Source: Terrimesophilobacter sp.
GTDB taxonomy: Bacteria > Actinomycetota > Actinomycetes > Actinomycetales > Microbacteriaceae
Assembly: GCA_039925105.1 (NCBI GenBank)
Contig: JBDSZO010000089.1
Coordinates: forward strand, 1 to 32,973
DNA: 32,973 nt
Reading direction: 5' to 3'
Part shown: positions 1-8,800 of the stretch, piece after piece
How the letters are laid out: each line of letters opens with the position of its first letter
Position numbering within the stretch: the first letter of the stretch is position 1
The notes under the pieces: model-generated
The model's database searches: none
Told to the model about the DNA's origin: nothing
Seen by the model: the letters and a program-made list of their open reading frames with translations, nothing else
Made by a program: the position numbers and the translations under genes

Positions 1-37
1 GAACGTACAGCACTCCGCGCGCTTGTGCAGCAGCCAC
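1..37 (-). CDS. 5' end of a DUF3145-family protein (runs off the left edge)
   Basis: Minus strand reads GGAGA (RBS)-aatc-GTG, giving MAAAQARGVLYV(H). This matches my recollection of the RGVLYVHS N-terminus of actinobacterial DUF3145 proteins; only 12 codons are visible. Confidence 0.6.
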   Translation of the reverse strand, partial: MAAAQARGVLYV

Positions 38-158
38 GATTTCTCCATTCCATTTGGTGCGACTTCCCCATCGACCAGGCGGAACAGTAGTGTTCGTGAC
101 AATTTTTAGTTGCAGTTGAATTATGACGGACTTTGGTTCCGAATTACAAGCGTGTGAC

Positions 159-587
159 TCAACTCATTGCCGTCGTGCCGTCCGAGAGTACGGCGGAAAT
201 GAATCCGAAAACGTTGCCGTCAGGGTCAAGGAGGTAGGCGAGCCTTCCGACGCCGGGCATGTCATCGGGTGCGAGCGCTTCGCTCCCTCCAAGTTCAATG
301 CCCTTCGCGAAGATGGCGTCGACGTCGGCAACTCCGACGACGATGTTGCATCCGTTGACAGGAGCACCGACCTCCGGTCGGGGTCCACGGCGTTGGCTTA
401 ACCCGCCATTGATGCCGTGGCCGGGGGTCGCGCCCGAGTTCGATATCGCTCCATCACCGGTATCGATCGCCCAATAGGCAATATCGCCAAACTGCGTGAA
501 TTTCCAGTCGAGCAATTGCCCATAGAAATCAATGAGTTCACTCGGCTCTGACGCGTGGATTTCGAAATGTACGACGAGGCTTGCCAT
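159..587 (-). CDS. VOC/glyoxalase-family protein
   Basis: VVHFEIHA...FYGQLLDW...GINGGL...DMPGVGRLAYLLDPDGNVFG motifs. Start moved to ATG 587 (or 590) behind a GGAGGA RBS. Confidence 0.9.
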   Translation of the reverse strand: MASLVVHFEIHASEPSELIDFYGQLLDWKFTQFGDIAYWAIDTGDGAISNSGATPGHGINGGLSQRRGPRPEVGAPVNGCNIVVGVADVDAIFAKGIELGGSEALAPDDMPGVGRLAYLLDPDGNVFGFISAVLSDGTTAMS

Positions 588-678
588 CATTCCTCCCGGT
601 TCGGTGCGGCCAAGATTACGACGCTGACACCTCGAGGTCAACCTTGTGGTCCGACACGCCTACGCCATGCCGTTTTAG

Positions 679-719
679 ATACCCAGTATATTTATACTCC
701 GTGTATACATACCCGGAAT
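679..719. promoter_or_regulatory. Putative PadR operator/promoter region
   Basis: AT-rich patch with a perfect inverted repeat AGTATA-TT-TATACT (685-698), palindrome TGTATACA (702-709) and related copies ATACCCAGTAT (679-689) and ATACCCGGAAT (709-719), between divergent VOC and PadR genes. Confidence 0.5.
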
Positions 720-752
720 TGTTTGCCGGATTCGGTTGATCGAAAGGACCTC

Positions 753-1370
753 ATGTCTGTTCGCCAAAGCCTCCTCGCCATCCTCGACCAGGGGTCGTGC
801 TACGGCTACCAACTGCGCAGCGAGTTCGATCGACGAACCGGTTCAACGTGGCCGCTGAATGTCGGCCAGATCTACAACACGCTGGATCGGCTTGAACGCG
901 ACGGGCTGGTGGAAAAACTGGACTCCGAGGATGCCGACCCGGAGGCTTCCGGCCAGATCTACTACCGGATCACCTCGTCGGGACGCGCGGAGGTCGCGGG
1001 TTGGCTTCACTCCCCCGTTGAGAGAACTGCTGCCACGCGCGACGAGTTGGCGATCAAACTCGCCATCGCGGTGACGCTGCCGGGTGTGGACATCTCGAAG
1101 GTAATCCAGGTGCAGCGCACGTCAACACTGCGCACACTGCTCGAACTGACGAACACGAAGAACGCATCCGGCAACCCGGATTCGCCGGAAGAGTTGGCCT
1201 GGCTGCTCGTTGTCGATTCGTTGATCTTCCAGGCTGAGGCAGAAATGCGCTGGCTTGAGCATTCGGAATCGAGACTGGCGCGGGCAGCGGCTGCCGGTCT
1301 GGCCTCCTCACTGCCGCTCAGCACCGAGGTGCCGAAGCGTGGGCGACCGGCGAAGGCGGCTGCCCGGTAA
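753..1370 (+). CDS. PadR-family transcriptional regulator
   Basis: LLAILDQGSCYGYQLRSEF...NVGQIYNTLDRLERDGLV...YRITSSGR wHTH motif and a helical C-terminal domain. ATG 753 follows a GAAAGGA RBS. Confidence 0.93.
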   Translation: MSVRQSLLAILDQGSCYGYQLRSEFDRRTGSTWPLNVGQIYNTLDRLERDGLVEKLDSEDADPEASGQIYYRITSSGRAEVAGWLHSPVERTAATRDELAIKLAIAVTLPGVDISKVIQVQRTSTLRTLLELTNTKNASGNPDSPEELAWLLVVDSLIFQAEAEMRWLEHSESRLARAAAAGLASSLPLSTEVPKRGRPAKAAAR

Positions 1371-1409
1371 AAGGGCAAAACGAAGGCGGCTCTGCAACGA
1401 TCGAGCAAC

Positions 1410-1988
1410 CTAGCACTTGCGCGCGACGATGTGGAACACGTGCCAGTGCTTCGGACCGATGATAGAGAGCCCGTCCTCGTCTTCCTCCACCAGATCCAGA
1501 ACTTCGAAGCCCGCAAACAATTCATCGACAGCGTGCCGCGAATGAAAGTTCATATCCTTGCGATCCGCCCAGGAATCATGCGGGCCAAAAAGCTCCCCGG
1601 CAAAGAAGCCTGACGATGACACGCTTGAACCGATTGCGGACCACAGGATCGGGAACGCATCAGGCCGGCAAAACGGGAGCGAGAATCCGGCGTACACCAG
1701 GTCGGCGACCGGCAGCGCGTTCAGGTCCCCAAAATCGGAGCGCTGAACCGTCAATGCCGGTAGAAAGCTCGCATCCACTCCGAATCGGACGCGCTGCTCG
1801 ACCCCCTCCGAACCGTCGATGGCAAGCACCTGCCAGCCACCACGAAGCAAGAAGCGGGTGTCGCTGCCCTCGCCACAGCCCAGATCGATGGCATGGCCCG
1901 GCGGCGCATTACGAAGTTTCGTCGCACGCAGAAGCGTCGGACGAGCATCCCGCCCGGCCTGGGAAGCATAAAACTCACTCCAGTCCAT
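1410..1988 (-). CDS. Class I SAM-dependent methyltransferase (TehB-like)
   Basis: AIDLGCGEG motif I, VLAIDGS motif II, C-terminal KHWHVFHIVARK. Confidence 0.88.
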   Translation of the reverse strand: MDWSEFYASQAGRDARPTLLRATKLRNAPPGHAIDLGCGEGSDTRFLLRGGWQVLAIDGSEGVEQRVRFGVDASFLPALTVQRSDFGDLNALPVADLVYAGFSLPFCRPDAFPILWSAIGSSVSSSGFFAGELFGPHDSWADRKDMNFHSRHAVDELFAGFEVLDLVEEDEDGLSIIGPKHWHVFHIVARKC

Positions 1989-2128
1989 GACGACAAGAGC
2001 CTACTGCCGGGGGAAGCACCCGTACAGAGGAGCCAGAACGCGGCCCGGCTTCGATACGCCGCTGCGCGGCGACTCAACTGGCCGGAAAGCGATGCGCGGC
2101 TACTCCAACCGACGAACTCCAGTCACGG

Positions 2129-3790
2129 CTACTTTGCATCGGCGTAGCTGTCCACAACGGCAATGGTGAGCGGGAACTCGACTTCGGTATCACCAAACAG
2201 CAAGCGTCCTGCCGCAGAGGCAGCGCTCCCTACTACGGCGACAACTGCATCCGTCATCGCCGCCGGTGTGTGAACAACTATCTCGTCATGCAGAAAGAAC
2301 ACCAGGTGTGGGGCATCCATGAGCCATGCCGCCCCGCCGAGGTCACGCAGGCTTCCGCGCAGCGTCGCCATCCAGCACAGAGCCCACTCTGCCGCAGAAC
2401 CTTGCACCACAAAGTTGCGCGTGAACCGGCCCCAGGAGCGTGCCTGCCCGCGCGCCCGACTCGCATCCGCGTCGGTGGAAGTCTCACCGTAGGCGGCGGC
2501 CTGCAGCTCACGCCAACCCTTCCCCGGCAGTGGCGAACTGCGACCGAGGCGAGTCGTCACAACCTCACCGCGTTCACCGGTACGCGCGGCCGCCTCAACA
2601 AGACCAATCGCTCGAGGGTACGCCTTGGCCAGGGCTGGCATCAGACGACCGCTCTCCCCCGTCGTCGCCCCATACATTGCTCCCAACATCGCCACCTTCG
2701 CATGGTCTCGAGTTGCGATCGTCCCACTTGCAACAATCCCGGCATACATGTCCTTAGCCTGACCAGCACGCGCCATCGCCGCATCCCCGGACATCGCCGC
2801 CAGGATGCGGGGCTCCAACTGCGACGCGTCCGCCACCACCAGCTTCCACCCAGCGTCGGCAACGACCGCACCGCGCACTTGCTTCGGCAACTGCAGTGCA
2901 CCACCGCCACCCTTGCTCGCCCAGCGCCCCGTCACGACACCACCAACCACGTAGTCCGGCCGAAACCGGCCGGCGTGAACATTCGCATCAAGCCAGTGCC
3001 AACCATTGGCGCTCAGCAACCGAGCCAGTTTCTTGTATTCGAGAAGCGGTTCAATCGCCGGATGCCGCAGTTTCTTCAACTCCCACGACCTCGTCGACGT
3101 CACCATCAGGCCGGCCCGTTGCAGCGACTTGATCAGGTCGGCTGACGAGTCAGGGTTCAACTCTGGAGCCTCCAGAGCGCCACGAACCCGCTCGAGAACT
3201 GCGGCAAGTTTCGCGGGGCGCTCGCCCGGCTTGGGTCGCGGACCGAGTAGATCAGTCAGTAGCTGCTCGTGCAGCTCTGCATGCCACGGCAACCCTGCGA
3301 ACTGCATCTCCGCCGCCACCAAGGCGCCTGCCGATTCTGCCGCAAGCAGCCTGGAGATTCGGGCCGACTCAGCCGACCCCGCCACCGTCTGGCACTGAAG
3401 CCGGAACTCCGCGACCGGATCCGACGGCGCGACCTGAGGTTCCAGATCGAAGAGCCCAGTCACCTCGCGATCTTCGCGGGCAGATTCGTCCCACGCGCTG
3501 GGCTCTGCTCGCGCAAGTGCCGAGTCGGCGGTCAGCACCGACTGGCGTAGTATCGCGTGCGAAAGCCGAAGGTCGACGCAGCGCTCAACCCTCACCTTTG
3601 CAGCCAGCAACGGCGGATACCACCGGGTCGTGTCATCCCACACCCAGCGCGGGCGATCGCGCTGCAACCTGGCCACCTCAGCAGCGAGCCCCTCGAGGGC
3701 GACAAGTGTCGGATCCCCGAATGGGATGCCCGCATCGTCGACCGGCGAAAGCAGTACACCGTTCGGCTGGGAGGTAAGAACGATGTGCAC
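2129..3790 (-). CDS. Accessory family A DNA polymerase (bifunctional 3'-5' exonuclease/polymerase type, no 5' nuclease domain)
   Basis: VTGRWAS, motif A VVADASQLEPRILA, motif B RDHAKVAMLGAMYG, RNFVVQGSAA, motif C FLHDEIV. Likely leaderless GTG start at 3790 (CAGACT 6 nt upstream). Confidence 0.9.
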   Translation of the reverse strand: MHIVLTSQPNGVLLSPVDDAGIPFGDPTLVALEGLAAEVARLQRDRPRWVWDDTTRWYPPLLAAKVRVERCVDLRLSHAILRQSVLTADSALARAEPSAWDESAREDREVTGLFDLEPQVAPSDPVAEFRLQCQTVAGSAESARISRLLAAESAGALVAAEMQFAGLPWHAELHEQLLTDLLGPRPKPGERPAKLAAVLERVRGALEAPELNPDSSADLIKSLQRAGLMVTSTRSWELKKLRHPAIEPLLEYKKLARLLSANGWHWLDANVHAGRFRPDYVVGGVVTGRWASKGGGGALQLPKQVRGAVVADAGWKLVVADASQLEPRILAAMSGDAAMARAGQAKDMYAGIVASGTIATRDHAKVAMLGAMYGATTGESGRLMPALAKAYPRAIGLVEAAARTGERGEVVTTRLGRSSPLPGKGWRELQAAAYGETSTDADASRARGQARSWGRFTRNFVVQGSAAEWALCWMATLRGSLRDLGGAAWLMDAPHLVFFLHDEIVVHTPAAMTDAVVAVVGSAASAAGRLLFGDTEVEFPLTIAVVDSYADAK

Positions 3791-3846
3791 GTCACCAGTC
3801 TGCCGGGTGCCCAAGACACCCGGCACCGCCTCATCCCGCGTAATCG

Positions 3847-3934
3847 TGTACCAAATGAAGGCAATTTGGCGTACGAGCACCAAAGCTGGCCGGAGACTTG
3901 TCACCGCTCGAAGCAAATGCCTTCATTTGGTACA
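3847..3934. mobile_element. 88-bp MITE-like inverted-repeat element
   Basis: Perfect 17-bp terminal inverted repeats TGTACCAAATGAAGGCA (3847-3863) and TGCCTTCATTTGGTACA (3918-3934). Flanks TAATCG / TCATCG (5 of 6 match). Inner CGAGC/GCTCG stem. Confidence 0.55.
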
Positions 3935-3989
3935 TCATCGGCGGGCGGATGCCGTGTGGACACGAACGAACCGAGCGCGAGGCTGACCG

Positions 3990-4814
3990 CTAGTGCAGCA
4001 GCGTCCCGTCCTTGGCGAGAGCGTTCTTCTCCCCGGCCTCAATCGCGACGGTGAAGCGATTTTGCTTCGGCGGCATCGGGCAGTTGAATGCGTAGGAGAA
4101 CCCGCAGGGGGGCAGCACGGCGCGATTGAAGTCGAGAGTGACGTTGCCTTGTGCATCCGGTGCGACAAACAGGAATCGCCCAACGCTGTAGGTGTCAACA
4201 CCACTTGTCGCATCCGAAAACACTATCTGCAGTGCGCGCCCAGACTTGATCGCCGCCAGCGAGTAGTCGACGCCATCCTTGGAGAAACTGATCTCCCCTG
4301 GCACCTCAAGCTCACGAGTTTCGCCTTCGTCCTTGCTGTGCTCGAACGGGATCGTTGCACCCGGAAGTTCGACAAAACGTGACTGCACAACCCAATCGGC
4401 GTTGAAGGGGTACGCGTCAATTCCACCGAAGTTTTGGATGCCTTCCGAGTTCGAATCCCACACCCGCAGCGCATAGTTGCCGGTCGGCCCGGCAATGACG
4501 AACCCACTCACCGTGTCGCTGAAAACAATGTCGGCCGGATTCTCGGCGTCCTTGCCTGCCACCGCAATCTCGCCGTCGACCAGCTCGCCATTGACCCGGA
4601 TGCCGTCAGATGCCGCAGCGCTCAGCAACAGACCGGACTCGCCTGCGGGCAGCGGTGCCCAGGTTCCCGGAACACCCCACACCGGCTGCGCCGAGTCGAT
4701 CCACTGGGTGTTCACCAGTGCCAGATTTCCATGCGGCTGGACCACTGCCTGATCGCGGCGCTCTCGGAAGACGGCGAGTGCGGATTCTGGGGTGGCGGTG
4801 GCGGTATCGGTCAT
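3990..4814 (-). CDS. DUF1684 domain-containing protein
   Basis: C-terminal FSDATSGVDTYSVGRFL...LDFNRAVLPPCGFSYAFNCPMPPKQNR...IEAGEK signature. Start moved to ATG 4814. Confidence 0.88.
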   Translation of the reverse strand: MTDTATATPESALAVFRERRDQAVVQPHGNLALVNTQWIDSAQPVWGVPGTWAPLPAGESGLLLSAAASDGIRVNGELVDGEIAVAGKDAENPADIVFSDTVSGFVIAGPTGNYALRVWDSNSEGIQNFGGIDAYPFNADWVVQSRFVELPGATIPFEHSKDEGETRELEVPGEISFSKDGVDYSLAAIKSGRALQIVFSDATSGVDTYSVGRFLFVAPDAQGNVTLDFNRAVLPPCGFSYAFNCPMPPKQNRFTVAIEAGEKNALAKDGTLLH

Positions 4815-4942
4815 TGTTCCATCCTTGTCGAGATCACCGTCTTCAACCAGTCGAATCACGCCAGTGTTCCCGGTTGACACGAATGGGTCGGCTCGAGCGA
4901 GCCAAGCGATGACAAACAGGCACAGGGGCCAGCGTCGCACAC

Positions 4943-4983
4943 AAAAAAGTCGACCCCCGCAACATTGAAGTTGCGGGGGCCGA
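4943..4983 (-). terminator. Intrinsic terminator of cspA
   Basis: CCCCCGCAAC / GTTGCGGGGG stem followed on the minus strand by a T6 tract, just after the cspA stop. Confidence 0.88.
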
Positions 4984-4996
4984 GCTAATTCAGTGA

Positions 4997-5200
4997 CTAC
5001 AGGGCGCGAATGTTTTCCGCCTGCGGACCCTTCGGTCCCTGTGCCAGGTCGAATTCGACCTTCTGGTTCTCGTCGAGCGACTTGTAGCCGCTTCCGGTGA
5101 TTGCCGAGTAGTGGGCGAACACGTCGGGACTTCCGTCCTCAGGGGCGATGAAACCAAAGCCCTTTTCCGCGTTGAACCACTTAACGGTGCCTACTGCCAT
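4997..5200 (-). CDS. cspA: Cold-shock protein (CspA family)
   Basis: [18 protein letters not shown] (RNP1)...DVFAHYSAI (RNP2)...[10 protein letters not shown], 67 aa, AAGGAG RBS. Confidence 0.97.
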   Translation of the reverse strand: MAVGTVKWFNAEKGFGFIAPEDGSPDVFAHYSAITGSGYKSLDENQKVEFDLAQGPKGPQAENIRAL

Positions 5201-5358
5201 TTTCTTTTTCTCCTTCAGGAGTGCTGCTCGCGTGGCCCCGACTGTCGGGACCACTCGTCGCGGTGTTCATCGGCCGCTCCCGAAAGATTCAGATCACCGA
5301 CTAAGGATTCACTGGCATTCAAGATCTGCGAGGTACTGCAACTGCGATATAGACAGTA
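5201..5358 (-). promoter_or_regulatory. cspA promoter and long structured 5' UTR
   Basis: Candidate -10 TACTGT (5353-5358), about 145-nt leader, GC-rich hairpin at 5232-5254. Long structured leaders are typical of cold-induced csp genes. Confidence 0.55.
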
Positions 5359-5422
5359 GTGCACTTTGATGCGTATTTACAGTGGTTGCGCAACTCCGAT
5401 ACGAATTGTTACTTATGTCTTT

Positions 5423-6310
5423 TCAGCGCAGGAGCAGGCCGGAAGCGATACCTCCGACGCCGGCCATGGTAATCATCCACACCATGAGCAGAACACCGGT
5501 CATCCAGGCCAAGCGAATTCGACGCGATTGGTTGACGTCCGACTGAAGCTGTCGAAACACACTGAGCGCCAGTGCAGGATTCCCAAAACCCTCCGACCGG
5601 GAATGCCAGGTCGTGCTCACCTGTGCGGCATTCGACAGTTGAAAGATTTGCGCCGTCGACAGTGTCGCAGGCAAATATTTGAGCCACGGTTTGAGTTCCC
5701 GCGGGGTCAGGATCGCCACCCGTCGGGGTGGACGAGTCACAGTGACACTTCGCGGGCCGACCACCACAAGACACGGAATGACGTCGACGCGGTCACCAAC
5801 GGCATCGGACAACAATTGGGCACAACGAACCGCTGACGATTCTGCGTCACGAATGTGCGGAACAGGTTCGCCCTCGACCAGCACAACACCTTCGCCAACC
5901 CACAACGCGTCACCAACATGGTTACGAACCGAAATGGCGAACACGCCAGCAGGGCCGATCGCGAGGTGGTCGACGTTCCCACCGTCGCGCGCGATGGGAA
6001 CAGAACTACACACTGACCAGTCCGGACCAAGTTGTTTCAAGGCGTCATCGATCCCCAATTCGCCCGCGGCCGCACGGTACATCCGCCTGGATTCTGACGA
6101 CAGTGGACTGCGGCCAAAGAATCTGGAGACGATTGAACGGGAACGGCCAGTTCCATAGTGACCCAGAAACATCCGAACGAGCGGGAAATTTTGGTCGGAT
6201 ACTGACAGCGCGGGTAGGACGGATCTCTGCGCTTTGCCGTTTGCGGTCGGCTTTCGCGCTCCGCAATGGTCGGCTGGTGTGCCGCCCGTCGCCTCAATGT
6301 GCATAGTCAC
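5423..6310 (-). CDS. NERD (nuclease-related domain) protein with C-terminal TM helix, copy 1
   Basis: GE...L..LGPDW...NVDHLAIGPAGVFAISVRNH NERD pattern and a hydrophobic C-terminus. Start is GTG 6310 or ATG 6304. Confidence 0.8.
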   Translation of the reverse strand: MTMHIEATGGTPADHCGARKPTANGKAQRSVLPALSVSDQNFPLVRMFLGHYGTGRSRSIVSRFFGRSPLSSESRRMYRAAAGELGIDDALKQLGPDWSVCSSVPIARDGGNVDHLAIGPAGVFAISVRNHVGDALWVGEGVVLVEGEPVPHIRDAESSAVRCAQLLSDAVGDRVDVIPCLVVVGPRSVTVTRPPRRVAILTPRELKPWLKYLPATLSTAQIFQLSNAAQVSTTWHSRSEGFGNPALALSVFRQLQSDVNQSRRIRLAWMTGVLLMVWMITMAGVGGIASGLLLR

Positions 6311-6337
6311 TCTATTTCCGCCCCACAGCTCACCAAA

Positions 6338-6383
6338 ACGCTATCGGGAGCGGCGATCGGGCTCGACCCCCAGAACTGAGGAC
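6338..6383 (-). promoter_or_regulatory. 18-bp box plus -10 promoter of NERD copy 1
   Basis: Box 6366-6383 (minus: GTCCTCAGTTCTGGGGGT), 22-nt spacer, TAGCGT (6343-6338). Confidence 0.65.
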
Positions 6384-6433
6384 GCTCCAACGGGGGCAGA
6401 AGCCCCCAGCGAACTGAAGCGAGCACGTACAAT

Positions 6434-6480
6434 CGCTCACGAAAATGGGACTTGCGAATCTCGAAAAATCGGCGCAGGCT
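6434..6480 (+). promoter_or_regulatory. Weaker 18-bp box plus -10, pointing at an intergenic hairpin
   Basis: CGCTCACGAAAATGGGAC (6434-6451), 23-nt spacer, CAGGCT (6475-6480). Confidence 0.35.
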
Positions 6481-6488
6481 TGAGGAAG

Positions 6489-6546
6489 ATCAACTCGTCG
6501 CCCGGAAGAGCCGCACCAAGTGCCGCACCGGGCGATGAGTCTTGAT
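6489..6546 (+). other. Long intergenic hairpin (candidate small RNA, or terminator of the acyl-CoA dehydrogenase gene)
   Basis: ACTCGTCGCCCGG (6493-6505) pairs with CCGGGCGATGAGT (6528-6540), with one G-U pair on the + strand. Inner GCAC/GTGC stem and outer ATCA/TGAT. Confidence 0.45.
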
Positions 6547-6580
6547 AAGGGCCTTTCTCTCGCGTTCAGGTCTCCCGTGT

Positions 6581-7744
6581 TCAGTCCTCGAGCGGCCATT
6601 CCTCCAGGGGCCCGAGCAGATCTTGAGCGACCGTGGCGTGGGCTGAGTCTTCGCTGCTGGGATGAAAGCCGCCCGCCAGCACATCCCGGTACAGCCGCCC
6701 GAGCTCGTTTTCGGCAAAGAATGTTGACCCTCCGCCGACCTTCACCGCCTGGTTCACGACATATTGTGCCATCTGGGTCGCACGAAGCTTGAGCCCGACC
6801 AGCGCACGGAACCAGGATAAGCCGCGGTCGACGGCCTCATCGATGTCGCGGGCGACGGATGCCAGATCCGCAATCACAGGGTCGAGGGCGAGCGCCGCGT
6901 CAGCAATCTTCCACCGCACGTCAGGATCGAGTCTGGCTGGCCTGCCGCCATTCTTGACCGAAGTCCGACGGTTCGCCGCATCGACAGCCAATACAAGGGC
7001 CCGCTGCCCAATACCCGTGTACACGGCAGCAACAAGCGTTTCGAAATTGGCGAAAATGGCAAAAATTAGCGAATCCGCATTTGGTCCAGGTTCCAGGCGC
7101 CGAAAAACCCGGCCCGGCTCCGCACGAACAGCATCGAGGCGAGTGCTGTTACTCTGCGAGGCTCGCATACCGATCGTGTTCCAGTCGTCCGCGACCGTAA
7201 TTCCGTCGGCTCCGCGCTCAATGACCGCATGGACAAGTTTTGGTGCGTCAACGGATGTCGAATCCAGCCCGAATAAACCGAGCCTCGTCCAGACCGGTGA
7301 AAGGCTGGTGAAAATTTTTGTACCGGTGAAACGGTAACCACCATCGGGCTCCGGCACCGCGTTTGTGTGACTGCCGAACAGGACAAGATCGTTGCCTGCC
7401 TCGCTGATGGCGAGCGCAAAAATTTCCCCTGCGGCAGCTTCGCGCAGTACAAAATCGAGCGAATCATCCCCCCGATCGTGCAGGGTCTTTGCCACCCCCG
7501 TCCACACCAGGTGCATGTTGACGGCGAGAGCGGTTGCGGGTGCAGCGGCCGCCAGACGTTGCTGTTCGCGCACCACGGTCAGCAAAGAGTGTCCGGCACC
7601 GCCGAACTCTGCTGGGATGAGTGCCGTGAGATATCCGGCTTCAGCAAGCTCAGCGACATCCTCAGAACAAAACGTGTTCGTGCTGTCGTAGCTGACAGCG
7701 CGGGAATGAATTCGGTCAAGCAGTTCTTCGCTGAGAATGGTCAC
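6581..7744 (-). CDS. Acyl-CoA dehydrogenase-family flavoprotein
   Basis: IPAEFGGAG, FTGTKIFTSL, DDWNTIGMRASQS, VGGGSTF...LGRLYRDVLAG. Substrate cannot be assigned. Confidence 0.9.
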   Translation of the reverse strand: MTILSEELLDRIHSRAVSYDSTNTFCSEDVAELAEAGYLTALIPAEFGGAGHSLLTVVREQQRLAAAAPATALAVNMHLVWTGVAKTLHDRGDDSLDFVLREAAAGEIFALAISEAGNDLVLFGSHTNAVPEPDGGYRFTGTKIFTSLSPVWTRLGLFGLDSTSVDAPKLVHAVIERGADGITVADDWNTIGMRASQSNSTRLDAVRAEPGRVFRRLEPGPNADSLIFAIFANFETLVAAVYTGIGQRALVLAVDAANRRTSVKNGGRPARLDPDVRWKIADAALALDPVIADLASVARDIDEAVDRGLSWFRALVGLKLRATQMAQYVVNQAVKVGGGSTFFAENELGRLYRDVLAGGFHPSSEDSAHATVAQDLLGPLEEWPLED

Positions 7745-7812
7745 TTACCAAGAATGCCACCTGCCTGCCGTTGCTACCCCACATCGTTGTCGATGACGGA
7801 TACAGTTCCCTC

Positions 7813-8783
7813 GTGACCGCATTGGATCTTCGAGGGCTATCCGCTCCGGTGTCGAAGGATGAACTCAAGGCGTTCCGTCGCCAGAATGCGTTTGGCACCG
7901 AACTGATTTTCCGCGTGTTCCTCGGAGTCATCGTTGTGCTGGCCGCGGCAATGATGATGGTGTTTCTGCTGGACTCTTCTGCGACCGGACCCGACCTAAC
8001 AGGCACAGGTACGAACGGCATCGGTCGGGCGATAGTTGTGGTGATCGTCGTGATCGCTGTCAGCGCGGGATTCCTGGTGCTTGGCGAACTGAATTCACGA
8101 ATGATCTGGCGGCGGCGGTACCGGATCAGCCAGTTCGCCGGCAACAACGGTCTCGTCTTCGCGATGCGCACGGGCGGACCGCCCTATCCTGGAATAATTT
8201 TCACTCTGGGCAACAACCAGGCGGTCACCGAGCAGCTGTTCAGCGTGGGTGAGAAACAACTCGACATCGGCAACTACCGTTACACGACCGGTTCGGGTAA
8301 GAACAAGAAGACCCATACCTGGGGCTACGTCGCCATCAAACTTGAGCGCAAACTACCGCACATGGTGCTGGATGCTCGCTCCAACAACTTTCTCGGATCG
8401 AATCTGCCAACAGCGTTATCGCGGGACCAGATTTTGAAGCTCGAAGGAGACTTCGACCGGCACTTTACGCTTTACTGCCCACAACAATATGAGACCGATG
8501 CGCTCTACATTTTCACCCCCGACCTTATGGCGCTCTTCATCGACGAAGCGACACGGTGGGAAAAAAGACCCGCGATCGCTCCGAACGTTATGCGGACTCA
8601 AGGCTCGCCCCGGTCGGCACAACGCCAGCGGTCAACACCAGCGTGCCACGCCAAACTGTCGACATGATTGCCCCGAGTGGTCAACGTCTCACCAAGGGCA
8701 TACCGATAGTTGGGTTCATCATTGTCGGCGTGATTGGCGTGGTCATGCTGGTCAACTTTTTGCCTCTGTTTCGAATTTTTTAG
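7813..8783 (+). pseudogene. Membrane protein apparently disrupted by a frameshift near 8550
   Basis: Two N-terminal TMs and the conserved-looking LEGDFDRHFTLYCP..YE.DALYIFTPDLMALFIDE, then an atypical tail. The -1 frame continues DTVGKKTRDRSERYAD...IAPSGQRL plus a TM helix to 8783. Leaderless GTG 7813 (TACAGT 6 nt upstream). Confidence 0.55.
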
Positions 8784-8800
8784 CGCGTGTGAGAAGGCTC

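Noticed and set aside
8556-8567. Programmed -1 frameshift at GGGAAAAAAG
   Set aside because: The AAA-AAG codons are in the downstream frame, not the upstream frame, so the slippery heptamer is out of register.
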